A stretch of DNA of 64,000 bases from Promethearchaeota archaeon (GTDB lineage Archaea > Asgardarchaeota > Lokiarchaeia > Sigyniarchaeales > SOKP01). The notes under the pieces were generated by a model, which saw only the letters and a list, made by a program, of their open reading frames with translations, made no database searches and had not been told where the DNA came from. Every line of letters starts with the position of its first letter. Position 1 is the first letter of the stretch. Location: the NCBI GenBank assembly GCA_048939015.1, contig JBHLPW010000001.1, forward strand, positions 32,001-96,000. Direction: 5' to 3'. Shown piece after piece: positions 19,395 through 28,470 of this stretch. The position numbers and the translations under genes are program-made.

Positions 19395-19712
19395 ATGTCA
19401 AGTATTGAAAACCAATTAAAAGATCATTTAAAAAATGGAAATGATTGGGAAAAAATGGAGACCCCTGTTCCGGGTGTTTTTGTAGTAAAGGTGCCCGCAA
19501 CAAAAACGAAACCTGCATTACTCTTCTTAGAAATTAATCCTTTAAAGGACGATGGAAAACCTTTAAAAAAGAGAGGATTATTTGTAGGAAATAAAGAAAT
19601 GCTTTTAAAATTTAGTGAAGCATTGAATGATGATAAAACATTTCAATTAATTGGGGAATTAGAAAAAATTAATCCGGAATCAACGAAAAATACTAAAAAA
19701 CTAAAGATGTAA
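19395..19712 (+). CDS. Hypothetical protein (small, basic, beta-rich)
   Basis: Strong AGGAGG RBS; WEKMETPVPGVFVVKVP...LEINPL...KKRGLF. Confidence 0.8.
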   Translation: MSSIENQLKDHLKNGNDWEKMETPVPGVFVVKVPATKTKPALLFLEINPLKDDGKPLKKRGLFVGNKEMLLKFSEALNDDKTFQLIGELEKINPESTKNTKKLKM

Positions 19713-19918
19713 ACATAATATAGCTTAGATCTATTTCTTGATTTCAAAATTTTTTATAAGTGGTTTTTAGTTTTAAGAAAATATTTTATTTATAGATTTA
19801 TTATTACTTTAATATTCTACCCATAAATAATAAAGATTTTAATTAAATTAATTACTCAATATAAGAATAAAAAGGTCAAATCCAAATAATTATTAAAAGT
19901 TAGAGTTGAATTAAAGAA

Positions 19919-20203
19919 ATGTCTGAAGAGGATGGAGTTCACTGTATAGTGTGTGGAAAGGACTCCTTCAATCTTGCACACGATGAATGGATGCGAAGGG
20001 CTTTTCCATTTGTTGAACAAGGACAACTAAAGATGTGTTCTGGATGTGGAGCTAAATATCTTGTATGTGCAAATTGTGGAGGCTTGTATTGTCGAATTCA
20101 TCCCGCTCTCGAGAGTTGGGAACTTCCAGATAAATGTCCTAAATGTGGATGGGTAAATGAAAGTGTTAAAGCCTGGGATGGAACATCTGCTCGCCACTTT
20201 TAA
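19919..20203 (+). CDS. Multi-CxxC zinc-ribbon protein
   Basis: Four CxxC(G) motifs in 94 aa. Confidence 0.8.
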   Translation: MSEEDGVHCIVCGKDSFNLAHDEWMRRAFPFVEQGQLKMCSGCGAKYLVCANCGGLYCRIHPALESWELPDKCPKCGWVNESVKAWDGTSARHF

Positions 20204-20382
20204 CATTTTTGATTGTAAATATTTATTTTATTTTAATTTTTTTAAAAAAAGATCGTTTTAATGAAAAGATGTATTAAATATCATCTCACATGTTATTTTA
20301 TTAAATTTTAGTCAAGAAAATTTAAATTATAAAATAGCAATAATTACTTTAATACAAAATATATGACATTTACGAATGGATT

Positions 20383-20850
20383 ATGAGCTCAAATATTAAA
20401 GTTGAAGTAGCTTCACCGGATCACATTGAAGACTTAAAGGATTTAACTAAAGAATTAGTAGAAGGATTAGGACAAAAATTTGATCCCAAACGTTTTGACT
20501 GGGGAATTCGTCGTCGACTTTACGATCCACTACAGCGCCATGGTATATTAATAGCTATTGATGAATATTCAGAGGAGATTGCAGGAATGATTATTGCTGA
20601 ATTAAGAATTGACCCATTTGGTTCATCAGAAGGTTACATAAAACAATTTTTTTTGAAAAAACAATATCGAAAAAAAGGAACTGGTAGTCTATTATTAGAA
20701 AAAGCATTAGAACATTTAAAGAAAATCAAGGTAGAGAAAGTTAGAGTAAACATTAAGGAAAGGGCATTAGACGCTTCAAAACTCTATGAGAAAATGAAAT
20801 TCAAGAAAGTATATGAAGTCTTAGAATTGGACTTAATGGATGAGAGCTAA
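20383..20850 (+). CDS. GNAT-family N-acetyltransferase
   Basis: YRKKGTGSLLL acetyl-CoA motif A; ASKLYEKMKF. Confidence 0.88.
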   Translation: MSSNIKVEVASPDHIEDLKDLTKELVEGLGQKFDPKRFDWGIRRRLYDPLQRHGILIAIDEYSEEIAGMIIAELRIDPFGSSEGYIKQFFLKKQYRKKGTGSLLLEKALEHLKKIKVEKVRVNIKERALDASKLYEKMKFKKVYEVLELDLMDES

Positions 20851-20874
20851 TAAAATCATTGTTAGATTAAGAAT

Positions 20875-21840
20875 ATGAGCTTAGATACACCTTGGGTAGA
20901 AAAATATCGACCACACACATTTGAAGAAATTGTAAGTCAGAGTATTGCTATAAAAAATTTAAAAGAATTTGCAAAATCAACTAATATTCCTCATATCATT
21001 TTTGCTGGTCCAGCAGGAACTGGAAAAACTAGTACAGCTTTAATAATAGCAAGGTATTTTCTTAAAGAAGAGGAATTTGAAACAAATCTCTTAGAATTAA
21101 ATGCTTCAGATACCGTTAGAATTGATTTTGTTAGGAGTATTCTTAAAAATTTTGTCAATCAAAATATAATTAGAAATGGTGCGATAAAATTTGTAATTTT
21201 AGATGAAGCTGATAATATACCTGGACAAGTTCAACAAGCTCTTAGAAGAATTATAGAAAAAGCATCTATTAATGTTAAATTCATTTTTTTATGCAATTAT
21301 ATCAATAAAATAATAGATCCAATCGTTTCTCGATGTGCAGTATTTAGATTTGTAAACTTACCAAAAGAAAGCATAATAGATAGACTAAAATATATTACTC
21401 AACAAGAAAAGTTAAAAATCCCTTCTAAAAAAGCCGAACAGTTTTACAATCAATTATTTTTTATTTCAGGAGGAGATTTAAGAAAAGCAATTAATACTCT
21501 TCAGATGGCTGTGTCTCTAGAACTTTTGGAAAATTTAGATTTAAACGAAATATTAAGAATTTCTGGATTTTTAGATAAAGATACGTTAAATAACTTAATT
21601 TCAACATTAAAAAGTAAAGATTTTAAGAGTTCAAAAGATATTATAGATTCAATTGAAATTCTTGACTGTAACAATTTCATAAGACAAATATCAGAAGTTT
21701 TATCGCTATTACCTTTAGATCCCAGAAATTTAAGTAATTTAAAGACATATTTAGGGGAAATTGATTTTCGATTAAGTCAAGGTGCTGATGAAAAAATCCA
21801 AATTACAGCACTTTTAGCAGAAATTATTGAAAATTTATAA
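20875..21840 (+). CDS. rfcS: Replication factor C small subunit (canonical)
   Basis: PWVEKYRP, GPAGTGKT, ELNASD, LDEAD, SRC, GDLRKAIN. Confidence 0.95.
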   Translation: MSLDTPWVEKYRPHTFEEIVSQSIAIKNLKEFAKSTNIPHIIFAGPAGTGKTSTALIIARYFLKEEEFETNLLELNASDTVRIDFVRSILKNFVNQNIIRNGAIKFVILDEADNIPGQVQQALRRIIEKASINVKFIFLCNYINKIIDPIVSRCAVFRFVNLPKESIIDRLKYITQQEKLKIPSKKAEQFYNQLFFISGGDLRKAINTLQMAVSLELLENLDLNEILRISGFLDKDTLNNLISTLKSKDFKSSKDIIDSIEILDCNNFIRQISEVLSLLPLDPRNLSNLKTYLGEIDFRLSQGADEKIQITALLAEIIENL

Positions 21841-21885
21841 GATTTAGAAATATTTAAAAAAAAATTAATCTTAAGGTTAAGAGAT

Positions 21886-22932
21886 TTGACTGAAGAGATT
21901 CCAATTTGGCGAATAAAATACCATCCTAAGAATTTGGATAAAATTTATGGAAGAGAAACGGTTAAAAACATTTTAAAACATATTATTCAACGAAATAATT
22001 TCCCTCATTTATTGTTTGTAGGAGTGAAAGGTATAGGCAAAACTACAATTGCTCAATTATTTTCAAAAGAATTTTTAGATAAAGATTATGATGCTAATTT
22101 TAAATTAGTTTATGCGAATGTTCCTTTAACTGATGAAGAAAGAAAACAAGCAAGATCTGATGCATATGTTTCTACAAATAAAATTGGTAGTAGTGCAGGA
22201 AGGAGAATTACAACACCAGCGTTTATTCAAGCAAGAATAAAGCCATTTGTTCAATTAAAAGTGTTAGGTAATGCTCCTTTCAAGATTCTTGTCGTAAAAA
22301 ACTTCGAAGCTTTAGGATCTAATCAACAAGGTTTTAGAAGATTGATGGAAATATATGGTACAAATTGTAGGATGATTTTAATAACATCTAAAATATCGAG
22401 TGTTATTAATCCTATAGTCAGTAGATGTCAAATCATTTTATTCTCTCGTGTAAAATTCAATGAATTTAAAGAACTGATTCAAATTATTGCTAAACAAGAA
22501 TCCTTAGATATTAAAGATGAGATTATAGAGATTTTATATCGTATATCCGATGCTAAAATCTCTCAGGCAATTGATCTTTTACAATTATGTAGTATTACTG
22601 GAAATATTATTAATACTGAAAGTCTGTATGAAAACGTTCAGAAATTTCATACGGATCTTATAAAGAGTCTTTTATTAGTCGCTCTTAAAGGAGATTTTCC
22701 GAAAACACGGGAATTAGCACGCAAAATCCTTTCGAATTATAAATTTAGTGCTCATGATTTGTATAAACTTTTGCTTATTGAAATTAATAAATTACCACTA
22801 AGTAAATTTACGAGGATTAATTTAATTAATCTCATTGCAGATTCTGACTTTAGAACTCTTGATGGTAGAGATATTGATATTCAAATATCTGCTCTTCTGT
22901 CGAAAATTTGTCTGTTTTCTGAAAATTTATGA
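21886..22932 (+). CDS. Second RFC small subunit with degenerate Walker B
   Basis: IWRIKYHP, FPHLLFVGVKGIGKT, FKILVVKNFEAL in place of DEAD, retained SRC. Confidence 0.85.
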   Translation: MTEEIPIWRIKYHPKNLDKIYGRETVKNILKHIIQRNNFPHLLFVGVKGIGKTTIAQLFSKEFLDKDYDANFKLVYANVPLTDEERKQARSDAYVSTNKIGSSAGRRITTPAFIQARIKPFVQLKVLGNAPFKILVVKNFEALGSNQQGFRRLMEIYGTNCRMILITSKISSVINPIVSRCQIILFSRVKFNEFKELIQIIAKQESLDIKDEIIEILYRISDAKISQAIDLLQLCSITGNIINTESLYENVQKFHTDLIKSLLLVALKGDFPKTRELARKILSNYKFSAHDLYKLLLIEINKLPLSKFTRINLINLIADSDFRTLDGRDIDIQISALLSKICLFSENL

Positions 22933-22961
22933 TAAAGATAATATTTATGTGAGTAATATAA

Positions 22962-24317
22962 ATGTCAAAAAAAGATTCAGATATTCCATGGGTGGAGAAA
23001 TATAGACCAAAAAGCATTAAGGAAATGGCTTTGCCCACAGCTAGACTTGGTAGACAACGAGTGAAATTAGATGAAGAATTAGAGCGTTTTTTAAGAAATT
23101 TCTTTAAAGAAAGAAAAAAAATTAATTTAGAAAATAAGGAAATTCGAGAATTTAATAGAAGAGTTATTGAAAAAGAGCAAAAAGAAGAAAAGCAAATATC
23201 TCCTGAGGCTGCCGCAGTTCTTTTGGAAGGACCCCCAGGTATTGGAAAGACATCCATTGTTTATGCTCTTGCTAATGATTTTAATATGGAAGTTATAGAA
23301 ACTAATGCCTCTGACACACGAACGAGGAGTACATTGGAAAAAAGATTAAAGGAAACCACCAAATCTCGTGGAATCATGGATTTTATTATGGAATCAAAAG
23401 AAAAATTAATATTAATTGATGAAATTGATGGAATTTATGGAGTTCAAGATCGAGGGGCAATTCCAACTGTATTGGAATTAATTCAAAACACTCAGTTCCC
23501 AATCATAATGTGTTCAAATGAATATAAAACAAATCTACAACCTTTATATAATAAGATAAAGAGGTATGAGGTTCAACCCTTACACAAGAATGAAGTAATC
23601 AAAATAGCTAAAGATATTCTAAAAAAGGAAAATATTACTAATCTTAAATCCGATGATTTAGAGTTAATTATAGATAAAAATAATGGAGATTTAAGAGGTG
23701 TGATTAATGATATTCAAGGCATTGGTCAAAGTAAGATAGATCAAAATGTTCGGGAATTAATTCTAAATTTACATCGTGATACTCTAGAAGAGATTTTCTC
23801 ACTAATTAGAGACTTATTTAAAGTATCATCTTTAAGAGAAGCTCGAAGTTTAGCTGATAAGTCCGATGTCGATTACAATTTTTTGTATAAATGGATAAAT
23901 GAAAATCTACTTTCTTTCATAAAATCAAACAGGGATCTAGTTAATGCTTTTGAGAATCTCTCATTGGCAGATGAAATTTTTGGGAGAATCAATTCTACTC
24001 AATATTGGGGATTATTACCATACTTTTTTGATCTATTCGCTGGTGGAGTTGCTTTATCGCGAAAAGATACGACTATATCAAAAGGATTTCAAAGAGTTGT
24101 ATTTCCAAGATATACAACTGGAACATATTTTTCTTTAACAAATGTTGAAATGGAATTCTTTGAAAAGATTACTAAAAAGTATGAAATCTCTCAAATTGAT
24201 TTCATCCAAAATTTTCTTCCGTTTTTAAAAGTTTTATGTGGTTCCTCAAGAAAGCAACTTAAGAATGTAAGTGATTGGCTAGAATTAGATGCTAAAGAAA
24301 AAAAAGTGTTAAAATGA
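22962..24317 (+). CDS. rfcL: Replication factor C large subunit
   Basis: PWVEKYRPKS, GPPGIGKT, ETNASDTR, LIDEIDG, GDLRGVIN, LSLADEIFGRI...YWGLLPY. Confidence 0.93.
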   Translation: MSKKDSDIPWVEKYRPKSIKEMALPTARLGRQRVKLDEELERFLRNFFKERKKINLENKEIREFNRRVIEKEQKEEKQISPEAAAVLLEGPPGIGKTSIVYALANDFNMEVIETNASDTRTRSTLEKRLKETTKSRGIMDFIMESKEKLILIDEIDGIYGVQDRGAIPTVLELIQNTQFPIIMCSNEYKTNLQPLYNKIKRYEVQPLHKNEVIKIAKDILKKENITNLKSDDLELIIDKNNGDLRGVINDIQGIGQSKIDQNVRELILNLHRDTLEEIFSLIRDLFKVSSLREARSLADKSDVDYNFLYKWINENLLSFIKSNRDLVNAFENLSLADEIFGRINSTQYWGLLPYFFDLFAGGVALSRKDTTISKGFQRVVFPRYTTGTYFSLTNVEMEFFEKITKKYEISQIDFIQNFLPFLKVLCGSSRKQLKNVSDWLELDAKEKKVLK

Positions 24318-24610
24318 AATACATTTAATGCTAATTTTTCTTAATTTGAAGAATTAGTAAATATCTCCAAAAATGCGTAGATTAAAAGTTGGAAATAATT
24401 TGCTCTTTATTAAAATATAATGAATTTAACATCTAAGTTACCGAGATATGCAAGAATTTTAACAATATTTAATATAAAGTCGTAAACTTATGATTTAGTT
24501 ATATTTGCTAAGTGTAATTTATTAAGTATATATTACCTAAAACAATTTAAATACTAAAGTACAAATTATCATTAGAATATAATATGAAAATTCACGCTTA
24601 AAGAAGAAAA

Positions 24611-25234
24611 ATGACTGAAACTGAATTTAATGAAGAAAAAGAGACAGAAACTTTTTTATCTAAAAGCACAAGATTAATACTGCAAATTGTTGGGGCTGCT
24701 ATTTTTGGAGCACTATCTTTAATTTTATCTCTTTATGTTGTACCATATTTACCAAGAACCCCACAGGGTTTTGCATATTTTGATCCCGTTTCAATAATAT
24801 GGTTTACATGTTTTTTAATATTTGGCCCATTAGCAGGAATTTTGTGTTGTGTAATTGGAATGTTAGTACTTTTTCCTTTTGATCCTTTTACTCCAATTGG
24901 TCCTCTTATGAAGTTTTCAGCCACATTTTCCTTAATGATTGTCCCTATATTACTATTATATCTTATTAATCGGAAAGGAGGAGGGCGAAAGAGCCAAAAA
25001 TTAAAAAAACCGAAAACTTACATAATTTATGGGGCATTAGGTATATTAGTTAGAATAATTGTAATGGTAATTTTAAATATCGTGGTTTATCTAGCTTTCT
25101 ATGGATCAGATGGATTAGAATATTGGATTATAATAGTTATTCTGCTTAACGCTTTAACGAGTGTATGGGATTTATTAGTTCCCTATTTACTAGTTTTCAT
25201 TCCAAAACTCGATCAAAAATTCGAAATTTGGTAA
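24611..25234 (+). CDS. ECF transporter S-component-like membrane protein
   Basis: About 6 TM segments; AIFGALS...YFDPVSI...FGPLAG pattern. Confidence 0.7.
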   Translation: MTETEFNEEKETETFLSKSTRLILQIVGAAIFGALSLILSLYVVPYLPRTPQGFAYFDPVSIIWFTCFLIFGPLAGILCCVIGMLVLFPFDPFTPIGPLMKFSATFSLMIVPILLLYLINRKGGGRKSQKLKKPKTYIIYGALGILVRIIVMVILNIVVYLAFYGSDGLEYWIIIVILLNALTSVWDLLVPYLLVFIPKLDQKFEIW

Positions 25235-25335
25235 AATATTTTATTATATTCCACTTTTTTCTTTTTTAAACTCATTCTAATTAAAAATCGAATGAAATTT
25301 ATTTTTTTAACCAAAATATATCTTAATAATTTAAT

Positions 25336-26148
25336 TTGGAGACGATTCAGATTTTAAATACAAATTTTAAGGATATAAGATATGCGTTTAAGCAGGGGAT
25401 TGCGAAAATTACTATAAATCGTCCAGATAAGTTGAATGCTTTACAGTACCCTCTACTAATGGAAATTGCAGACGTTTTAAGCTCAATTAAGAAAAAGAAA
25501 GTTATTCGTGTTATCACTATTGAAGGAGCGGGTGAAAATTTTAGCTCTGGTGATGATATGAAAAGTATGGGACCTGAGGGCGTCAAATTCACACCATTAG
25601 ATGATGGCTCACGTATGCCTCATCATAAAGTTGTTAGTTTAATACGGGAAATACAAAAACCCGTAATAGCTCTACTGAAAGGTTATTGTTTAGGGGCAGG
25701 ATTTGATATTGCACTTGCATGTGATTTTCGATTAGCAGCTGATAATTTAAAAATTGGAGATCATCGTACAAAAAGAGCTCATTGTATTTTAAGTGGAGCT
25801 AGTTGGTTCTTGCCTCGGATTATAGGATTTGGAAGAGCAACAGAAATAATTTTAACTGGGCGTCATCTTGATGCAAAGGAAGCTTTTGATATCGGATTAG
25901 TAACTAAAGTTTATCCACTAAATGAATTTAAAGAAAAATCAGACGAATTCATAGAAGAAATCGCAGAGATGCCGACAAAATGCTTAGGATATAATAAGAC
26001 TATGTTGAACTTTTCCCAAATTAATGATTTATTTCCATCTTTACAAAATGAGTTTAGATTGTATTGTAAAAATATAAGGACTTACGATTTTGGAGAAGGA
26101 ATGAAATCTTTTATGAAAAAAAGAGAACCAAAATTCAGAGGACGATGA
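25336..26148 (+). CDS. Enoyl-CoA hydratase/isomerase family
   Basis: NRPDKLNAL, FSSGDD, KPVIA, LACDFR, KREPKFRGR. Confidence 0.9.
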   Translation: METIQILNTNFKDIRYAFKQGIAKITINRPDKLNALQYPLLMEIADVLSSIKKKKVIRVITIEGAGENFSSGDDMKSMGPEGVKFTPLDDGSRMPHHKVVSLIREIQKPVIALLKGYCLGAGFDIALACDFRLAADNLKIGDHRTKRAHCILSGASWFLPRIIGFGRATEIILTGRHLDAKEAFDIGLVTKVYPLNEFKEKSDEFIEEIAEMPTKCLGYNKTMLNFSQINDLFPSLQNEFRLYCKNIRTYDFGEGMKSFMKKREPKFRGR

Positions 26149-26208
26149 ATATTCATTCTTTTAAGGGGAATTATCTAACTTTAAAATTTAAGATTAATTT
26201 TTCTTGAT

Positions 26209-27471
26209 ATGGAATTAACAAAAACAATTCAAGAATTTTTACTAAAAGATGCTCTAGAACGATTTTTAAGATATGTTAAGGTTTGGACTACTTCAGATGA
26301 GAGTGTAGAAACTGTACCCACCACAACAAACCAACTAGAGCTTGGAAAGTTGCTAGTCAATGAATTAAAAAAGTTAGACTTAGAAAATATAATTCTTGAT
26401 GAGTTTGGGAATGTATATGCCTTTTTACCTCCAAGTAAAGGGTTTGAAGGTATAGAACCTATTGGTTTTTTAGCTCATGTTGATACTGCACCTACAGTAA
26501 GTGGAAAAGATGTAAAGCCTGTAATTCACAGGAATTATAATGGAAATGAGATAAAATTCTCTCAAAATAAGGATCTAGTTTTAAATATTGAAGATTCTCC
26601 TATCTTAGAAGAATATAAAGGTTTAGATATAATCACTTCTGAAGGTGATACACTACTTGGAGCAGATGATAAAGCAGGTATCGCTGAAATAATGGCCGCA
26701 TGTGCAGCTTGGAAAAAATTTAACGAATTAAAACATGGCCCTCTCTTCATTTGTTTTACCACAGATGAAGAAACAGGTTTAGGAATTGATATGGTTGATT
26801 TGAAGAGGCTTCCTAAAATTTGTTATACTGTAGATGGTGGTGAAATGGGTGAATTAGAATATGAATGCTTCGATGCTTGGTTAGCTCAAACAAAATTTAT
26901 TGGTTTAAATGTTCATCCTGGAGAAGCTAAAAATAAAATGATTAATGCAATTCAGATTGCTTCTAGATTTTTTAGTGAACTTCCTGAATCAGAATCACCC
27001 ACCCATACAGAAGAGAGGGAAGGTTTTTTTCATCTAACAAAATTACAGGGTACGGCAGAAGAAGCCACATCAAGAATGTTAATAAGAGATTTTTTAGAAG
27101 AAAATAACCATAGAAGAATGGAGTATCTAAAAAATTTAAAGAAAGCCTATGAAATTCGTTATCCAGGATTGAAAATTGAGTTAAATCTTAAACACCAATA
27201 TCAAAACATGATTGTTTATCTAGAAAAAAATACTAAAGTGGTTGATTTAGCTAAACAAGCTATTGAAAAGGTAGGATTAGAATTGAAAGTTCATCCTATT
27301 AGAGGCGGTACAGATGGAGCCCGGTTAAGTGCTAAAGGAATTCCAACCCCAAATATATTTTCTGGAGGTTTATTATTTCATTCTAGAAAAGAATTCATCC
27401 CAACATTAGCCTTGCAAAAAGCCTCTGAAGTTTTGATATATCTTTCCTACTTATGGACACAATATGAATAG
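26209..27471 (+). CDS. pepT: Peptidase T (M20B tripeptidase)
   Basis: AHVDT, LLGADDKAG, DEE, HPG.AK..M.NA, PIRGGTDGA, FHSRKE. Confidence 0.95.
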   Translation: MELTKTIQEFLLKDALERFLRYVKVWTTSDESVETVPTTTNQLELGKLLVNELKKLDLENIILDEFGNVYAFLPPSKGFEGIEPIGFLAHVDTAPTVSGKDVKPVIHRNYNGNEIKFSQNKDLVLNIEDSPILEEYKGLDIITSEGDTLLGADDKAGIAEIMAACAAWKKFNELKHGPLFICFTTDEETGLGIDMVDLKRLPKICYTVDGGEMGELEYECFDAWLAQTKFIGLNVHPGEAKNKMINAIQIASRFFSELPESESPTHTEEREGFFHLTKLQGTAEEATSRMLIRDFLEENNHRRMEYLKNLKKAYEIRYPGLKIELNLKHQYQNMIVYLEKNTKVVDLAKQAIEKVGLELKVHPIRGGTDGARLSAKGIPTPNIFSGGLLFHSRKEFIPTLALQKASEVLIYLSYLWTQYE

Positions 27472-27485
27472 AATTGGTAAATCCA

Positions 27486-28286
27486 TTATAATCTATCTAT
27501 TTCTAACATAGCAGATAATGCAATATCTCCTTCCAATTCGACACATTTTCTATATCGGTTTTCATTCCAAGAAATATGCCACCCTTCAAGAGGATTATAA
27601 TAACTATAAAAAAAAGCACCGAAATTTATCTTATTTTTATTACATATGGTTGCAAGAACATTGAGTTCTCCATTTTCCATAGAAATACAGCCCCTTTTCT
27701 GTAATTCAAAAATTTCTGACTTATTAATACGATAGAATGCTTCTTTACAAAAATTCTTCCCAATATGGTATTTTTCAGTTCTTTTTTTAGTTTCTTCGAT
27801 AAAAATTTCTACAATCTCCTTTTTTAAATCAATATCTTCATTTGATTCTCTACCATAATGAGTACTTGTTCCATCCATCCCTAAGCCATGGGTAGGAATG
27901 AGATAATCAAGTAAGGTCACTTTATTACCTATTCCCCAAGAACCACAAACTAATAAAATAGTTTTTGCTCCACAATAGATTAAATCTTCAGCAATTGAAG
28001 CTATAGGGGATGCTCCCATGGGAGGTATCAAAACTGTAAGTTGGATATCTTGATATTTGCTTCGATAAATGTATTCTGGTGCACTATAGGGATGAAATGG
28101 TAATAACCATTCAATTTGGCTCAATTTAATTTTTTCCATTAAGTAATTCACAAGAAATCGAGAAAAAACAATCATAACACAGGGATCAACATTAAAATCT
28201 TCCGGACTTTTACCAGAAGATCTTATAGCTGCTTGAATTACATCCTTTGATGTACAACATAAATTATTTTTCATTAAAAAAATCAC
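27486..28286 (-). CDS. Nucleoside phosphorylase (PNP/UDP family)
   Basis: MGASPIASIAEDL, GSWG, DGTSTHY, EAFYR, SME. Confidence 0.8.
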   Translation of the reverse strand: MIFLMKNNLCCTSKDVIQAAIRSSGKSPEDFNVDPCVMIVFSRFLVNYLMEKIKLSQIEWLLPFHPYSAPEYIYRSKYQDIQLTVLIPPMGASPIASIAEDLIYCGAKTILLVCGSWGIGNKVTLLDYLIPTHGLGMDGTSTHYGRESNEDIDLKKEIVEIFIEETKKRTEKYHIGKNFCKEAFYRINKSEIFELQKRGCISMENGELNVLATICNKNKINFGAFFYSYYNPLEGWHISWNENRYRKCVELEGDIALSAMLEIDRL

Positions 28287-28470
28287 TTAAAGTAAATAAA
28301 TGATCATATGTTCTTTTACCTCTTCTATATTTATAGATTATTCTTATCTTAGATAGTGTTGAGGGAATTTGTATTAAAAAATCTAGAAGAAGCATTGTAT
28401 TGATTATTATTTTTATTAAAAAATTAAAAAAAAAAATTATTAGAAATTTTGAATTTTTACCATTTCATTT

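Noticed and set aside
22850-23257. 135-aa minus-strand ORF and other short overlapping ORFs in the track
   Set aside because: Antisense or out-of-frame to well-supported genes, with no independent motifs.
20875-24317. Inteins in the RFC subunits
   Set aside because: Lengths are normal and there are no C/S...HN splice motifs.
24318-24610. Vitamin riboswitch upstream of the ECF S-component
   Set aside because: No recognisable TPP, FMN, cobalamin or other consensus; the region is simply AT-rich.
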